Positions 37,277 through 40,968 of a stretch of 40,968 bases of DNA are shown in pieces. A program made the position numbers and the translations under genes. Positions within the stretch are counted from its first letter, which is position 1. Each line of letters starts with the position of its first letter. The DNA is from a virus (taxonomy: Duplodnaviria; Caudoviricetes). The stretch lies in the IMG/VR virus record IMGVR_UViG_3300032087_001028, positions 1-40,968 of that record. One strand, written 5' to 3'. Below the pieces are notes generated by a model that did not search any database, was not told the origin of the DNA, and saw nothing but the letters and a program-made list of their open reading frames with translations.

Positions 37277-37564
37277 ATGGCAAAACAAATAGGTGAAGAT
37301 ACTAAAGTAACGTTAGATTTAAAAACAATAGGACTAATTATTGGAGGAGCAGTTTCAATAGCAACGCTTTATTTTGCATTACAAGCTGATATAGCTCTTG
37401 CTAAAGAACTACCAGCACCTGTTATTGACAGAGTTGAATATGATTTAAAAGATGAATTAATTCGTCAAACAATTATGGATACTCAAGAAGATGTAGAAGA
37501 AATAAAAGAAACTATAGAAAAAATCGACGAACGTTTGTACGAGTTACAACAAAGAGGTAGATAA
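37277..37564 (+). CDS. Single-TM protein with a C-terminal coiled coil
   Basis: Hydrophobic IGLIIGGAVSIATLYFAL followed by an acidic heptad region. Confidence 0.7.
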   Translation: MAKQIGEDTKVTLDLKTIGLIIGGAVSIATLYFALQADIALAKELPAPVIDRVEYDLKDELIRQTIMDTQEDVEEIKETIEKIDERLYELQQRGR

Positions 37565-37565
37565 T

Positions 37566-37964
37566 ATGAAATACTTAAATATAATTTTATTATTAATATC
37601 GTTTAACATGTCTGCTCAAGAGTGGATTACTGATAATAATTTTGATAATAAAATAAATGAAAGACAAGCTTTTGGTGATGATCAGACAAAGCCTGTAATT
37701 GTAGAGTTTTATGCTAAGTTTAACGATGCAAATAAATTTGAGCAGTGGTCAGAATTAAAAGACGTTATATATTATAGAGCAGATATAGCTGCGTGCCCAG
37801 CTGCTAAAAAGAAATATAAGGTACGTATGGCGCCGACATTAATTATATTTAAAGATGGTATTAAAGAAACCGTTTTTAAAGCAGGACTAGACTTAATGTT
37901 ACCGGCAGATTTAAATGAAATACAAGAAGCAGTTAATGAGGTGAATACTGCAAGTCAATTTTAA
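37566..37964 (+). CDS. Secreted thioredoxin-fold protein lacking CxxC
   Basis: Signal peptide ending SA/Q, ITDNNF, VIVEFYAKFN in place of WCxxC, and KYKVRMAPTLIIFKDG (cis-Pro loop). Confidence 0.65.
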   Translation: MKYLNIILLLISFNMSAQEWITDNNFDNKINERQAFGDDQTKPVIVEFYAKFNDANKFEQWSELKDVIYYRADIAACPAAKKKYKVRMAPTLIIFKDGIKETVFKAGLDLMLPADLNEIQEAVNEVNTASQF

Positions 37965-37968
37965 TCAA

Positions 37969-38118
37969 ATGAAAAAAAGAAAATTAAACAGCACAAACCC
38001 TAAATATTATAAAGTTAAAGAAGAAGAAGTTAAAGAGCGTAAAGAGTTAATAGCTACTATACGTAAAGGTAGAAAGCGTAACATAAGAGTTTATGCTGTG
38101 TTTAGTGAAACAGAATAA
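37969..38118 (+). CDS. Small basic hypothetical protein, 49 aa (not in ORF track)
   Basis: MKKRKLNSTNPKYYKV...VYAVFSETE*. Fills the gap before the endolysin. Confidence 0.65.
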   Translation: MKKRKLNSTNPKYYKVKEEEVKERKELIATIRKGRKRNIRVYAVFSETE

Positions 38119-38119
38119 T

Positions 38120-38581
38120 ATGAGAATAAGTGATCACATAACCTATGCTGAAGCAATACATTCTAATACAGCAAAGAGAAAAGGAATAGACAATACACCT
38201 AATCCAAATCAAATAGAAGCTATGAAGTTATTAGCTGAAAAAGTATTTGAACCATTGCGTGAGTGGGTTGGTGGACCTATAAAAGTTAATTCTTTTTTTA
38301 GATCAGCTGATTTAAACGAAGCTATAGGAGGATCAAAAACTTCTCAGCATTGTAAAGGTCAAGCAATTGATGTTGATGATGTCTATGGTTATAAAACTAA
38401 CGCAGAGATGTATCATTGGATAAAAGAAAACTTAAACTTCGACCAAATGATATGGGAGTTTGGTACTGATACACAACCTAATTGGGTACATATATCATAT
38501 GTATCTGAAGAAGATAATAGAAACAGATGTTTAAAAGCCTATAAAGATGATATGGGTAGAACTAAATACAAAACAATATGA
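38120..38581 (+). CDS. Endolysin, peptidase M15 family
   Basis: NSFFRS..LN..IGGS..SQHCKGQAID...WVHISY zinc-binding signature. Start moved to the ATG at 38120. Confidence 0.85.
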   Translation: MRISDHITYAEAIHSNTAKRKGIDNTPNPNQIEAMKLLAEKVFEPLREWVGGPIKVNSFFRSADLNEAIGGSKTSQHCKGQAIDVDDVYGYKTNAEMYHWIKENLNFDQMIWEFGTDTQPNWVHISYVSEEDNRNRCLKAYKDDMGRTKYKTI

Positions 38582-39342
38582 GTACAGATATTAAAAGTTT
38601 AGTAAAAAGATATACAAAATTTTTTTCAAGACAACCAGAACTAGCACCTGACAAACCTATGTCTGAGGTACAAGCGACATATGATAGTAATATATCTTAT
38701 GCAAAAGATCTTTTAGATAAAGGTAAACTTACTCCAGAAAATTATCAAAGCTTTGTAGAAGAAGAACAGGGTATGGTACAAGACTGGAAAGATAGAAAAA
38801 AGAAACAAGTTAGCAGTATTCCTTTTAAAAAAAAAGATGAAGACCAAAAGAAGTATGAAAAATTATTTGAAAAGGTAAAACAAAAAAGCGAAAAAGAATA
38901 TGCTAATATAGATAACGATACTTTAGTACAAAGGTTTTCTAACAATATCGCTGGTTTACCACCAAATGCAGACAACGTTACTTTTAATAGTGGTACTGGG
39001 CAATATACAGGAAGCTATATAAGAAATAAAGAGGAAGTAAAAAAAAGTGGTGGGCTTTTGCAAAAAAGAGATTTTGAACCACACAAAATGTATAAAGATG
39101 GTAAGGCTGTGATGGCTAATACATACCAAGAGCATTTATCATTAGGTGAAAAAGGATATGATCACTCAGCTGTACCTTTTAAAATGGTTCCTGAAACACC
39201 TTTGTTTGGTAAGATTAGCGAGCCTTGTAAAGCCGCTGCTAAAAAAAAGTTTGATGTTTGGCCTAGCGCTTATGCTTCTGGTTGGGGTGTAAGATGTACT
39301 AAAGCTGGTGGACCAAGTAAAATGGGTAAAAAGAAAAAGTAA
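38578..39342 (+). CDS. Modular basic hypothetical protein ending in a PSAYAS domain
   Basis: 254 aa, with FEPHKMY..EHL..KGYDH and WPSAYASG modules separated by PF/PL motifs. Confidence 0.75.
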   Translation: MSTDIKSLVKRYTKFFSRQPELAPDKPMSEVQATYDSNISYAKDLLDKGKLTPENYQSFVEEEQGMVQDWKDRKKKQVSSIPFKKKDEDQKKYEKLFEKVKQKSEKEYANIDNDTLVQRFSNNIAGLPPNADNVTFNSGTGQYTGSYIRNKEEVKKSGGLLQKRDFEPHKMYKDGKAVMANTYQEHLSLGEKGYDHSAVPFKMVPETPLFGKISEPCKAAAKKKFDVWPSAYASGWGVRCTKAGGPSKMGKKKK

Positions 39343-39623
39343 TGATATATTCTGGCAACTCTCCATTCATGAAAAAGAAAAGCAAAGTAAAGGGTGGAGG
39401 AACTAAAAAGGTTTGTTTACCTGCTGCTAAAGTAAGATCAATGAGTAAAGCTGAAAAAGAAAAAGTTGTTCGAGCTAAAGAGTCTGCTGGTAAAAAAGGA
39501 AAGTATAAGAGATCAAGCAAGTCTAATGTTAAAGGCGCTCGTAAAAAAGGAGCTACATTACGTGATTGGTTTGAAAAAGAAAATTGGATTAACGTTAAAA
39601 CAGGAGAGCCTTGCGGCAAATAA
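39342..39623 (+). CDS. Small Lys-rich hypothetical protein
   Basis: 93 aa, with CLP and LRDWF..W...TGEPCG motifs; TAATG coupling. Confidence 0.75.
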   Translation: MIYSGNSPFMKKKSKVKGGGTKKVCLPAAKVRSMSKAEKEKVVRAKESAGKKGKYKRSSKSNVKGARKKGATLRDWFEKENWINVKTGEPCGK

Positions 39624-39627
39624 TATT

Positions 39628-39912
39628 ATGGCATATCAACTACCACCAATTTTAAAAGTAGATAAGTCTACTTTAAAATGTAATAAACCTAGAAAAACAC
39701 CTGGTCACAAAACTAAATCACACATAGTTAAAGCTTGTGAAGGAGGTAAAGAAAAGATAATTAGATTTGGTCAGCAAGGAGTAAGCACTGCTGGTAAAAA
39801 GCAAGATGCTAAATCAAAAGCAAGACGTAAGAGCTTTAAAGCTCGTCATGCTAAAAATATTAAGAAAGGTAAAATGTCTGCAGCGTATTGGGCAGATAAA
39901 GTAAAATGGTAA
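39628..39912 (+). CDS. Small basic hypothetical protein (RFG / RRKSFKARH / SAAYWA)
   Basis: The probable start is the ATG at 39628 (MAYQLPPILK), within track ORF 39466..39912. Confidence 0.75.
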   Translation: MAYQLPPILKVDKSTLKCNKPRKTPGHKTKSHIVKACEGGKEKIIRFGQQGVSTAGKKQDAKSKARRKSFKARHAKNIKKGKMSAAYWADKVKW

Positions 39913-39960
39913 GGAACAAAAAATAAATGGGCGTACCATACCCAAATGTTCCTGTAACCA

Positions 39961-39990
39961 AGGGAGGCTTAATCGGCCTCCCTTTTTTTT
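39961..39990 (+). terminator. Rho-independent terminator at the convergence of the late genes and nrdA
   Basis: GGGAGGC-TTAATCG-GCCTCCC followed by T8. Confidence 0.85.
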
Positions 39991-40968
39991 ATCCATCACA
40001 GGCCACGCAGTCTTCCATAGCTTTAGAAGCTATATCCCCACGTAGTACTGATTCAGTCCTCATATAATATAAAGTTTTAATTCCTTTTTTCCAAGCGTCT
40101 AAATGAACTTGATTAATCCATTTAGGGGAAGCTTCACTAGGAAAAGCTAAATTTAAACTAACAGACTGATCTATATATTGCTGGCGTATACCAGCTTGTC
40201 TTACTAATTCTAGCTGATTTATTTCTTTAAACGTTTTAAATACTTCTTTAGTATCATCGTCTAATTCTTTTATATCTTGAACAGATCCACCATCTGCTAA
40301 AATTTTATCCCATGTTTCTTTAGTATTTATACCTATGTCTTCTAATACTTTAACTAACGTAGGATTTTTTCTTATGAACGTACCTTTTGCTGATTGCTCT
40401 GTAAAAACATTTGCTGCCCACGGTTCAATCCCGGGAGAGATATTCCCAGCAAGCTTGCTATTAGATACAGTGGGAGCAATAGCACGTAAATGGGTATTGC
40501 GAAAGCCAGTACCGACACACCAAAGAGGTTCTCCATAAACGTCAGCAAGAGCCATTGAAGCTCTTTCAGACTCGATTTTAATTTGACTAAAAATTCTTCT
40601 TGTTTCATATTGCGCTAATAAACCTTCAAATGGTAAACCTTTTTCTTGTAAATATGTATGCCAACCAAGTACACCAAGACCTAATGCTCTACCTTTTTCA
40701 GCAGATCTTACAGAATTTTCAAAACCTTTTCTGTATTTAGCTCTTTGTATAAACTCCTCAAGCACTCCATCAAGAAACCATATTGAATCATAAATGATAT
40801 TTGTATTTTTCCACTCGTCATATTTAGCTAGGTTTAAGCTAGATAGACAACAAACGAATGAATGATTTTCATCTGTGTGTAATGTTATTTCACTACAGAT
40901 ATTTGTCATATGTACTTTTAAAGCGTTGTCTTTGTAAGCTTTTGGATTTTGTTTGTTAGTGTTACCTT
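39989..40968 (-). CDS. nrdA: Ribonucleotide reductase class Ia alpha subunit (5' part outside the window)
   Basis: TNICSEI radical-Cys motif, VCCLSSLNL, AIAPTVSNS, IDQSVSLN, KTLYY and C-terminal CVAC. The frame stays open to the window end. Confidence 0.92.
   Translation of the reverse strand, partial: GNTNKQNPKAYKDNALKVHMTNICSEITLHTDENHSFVCCLSSLNLAKYDEWKNTNIIYDSIWFLDGVLEEFIQRAKYRKGFENSVRSAEKGRALGLGVLGWHTYLQEKGLPFEGLLAQYETRRIFSQIKIESERASMALADVYGEPLWCVGTGFRNTHLRAIAPTVSNSKLAGNISPGIEPWAANVFTEQSAKGTFIRKNPTLVKVLEDIGINTKETWDKILADGGSVQDIKELDDDTKEVFKTFKEINQLELVRQAGIRQQYIDQSVSLNLAFPSEASPKWINQVHLDAWKKGIKTLYYMRTESVLRGDIASKAMEDCVACDG

Noticed and set aside
39466-39627. 5' extensions given by the ORF track (39466, 38093, 24322, 7859, 6301)
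   Set aside because: They overlap upstream genes; downstream ATGs with A/T-rich leaders fit better.
1-40968. Stop-codon reassignment, tRNA/rRNA genes, integrase or IS elements
   Set aside because: Genes tile densely under the standard code. I recognised no cloverleaf, recombinase or transposase by eye; tRNAscan was not run.

Overview
An AT-rich segment (about 30% GC by eye) of a lytic, podovirus-like tailed phage genome. The host is most likely a Bacteroidota/Flavobacteriia bacterium: leaders are A/T-rich without Shine-Dalgarno sites, and signal peptides follow the Bacteroidota Q-rule. The + strand carries the late/virion region in this order: phage groEL (5' truncated) and groES; small proteins; a probable head-spike/fibre module; a small zincin; a 3TM holin-like gene; terS and terL; portal; scaffold; major capsid; tail ring and muzzle genes; a GNAT; three ejection-type proteins, including a 2844-aa multidomain protein; an envelope-targeted cassette; an M15 endolysin; and small basic proteins. 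These converge on a minus-strand class Ia nrdA (truncated). Most notable signals: (1) The giant protein looks like a polyvalent protein with zincin, sigma-70-region-2-like, HNH-like and HAD modules separated by recurrent x-F-S linkers. (2) A 38-aa MPFKSKAQ peptide gene is overprinted inside the scaffold gene. (3) A sharp ~50% GC island inside terL coincides with a long +1-frame ORF. (4) An outer-membrane/periplasmic cassette lies next to the endolysin. All family assignments come from motif recognition by eye; no database search was run.
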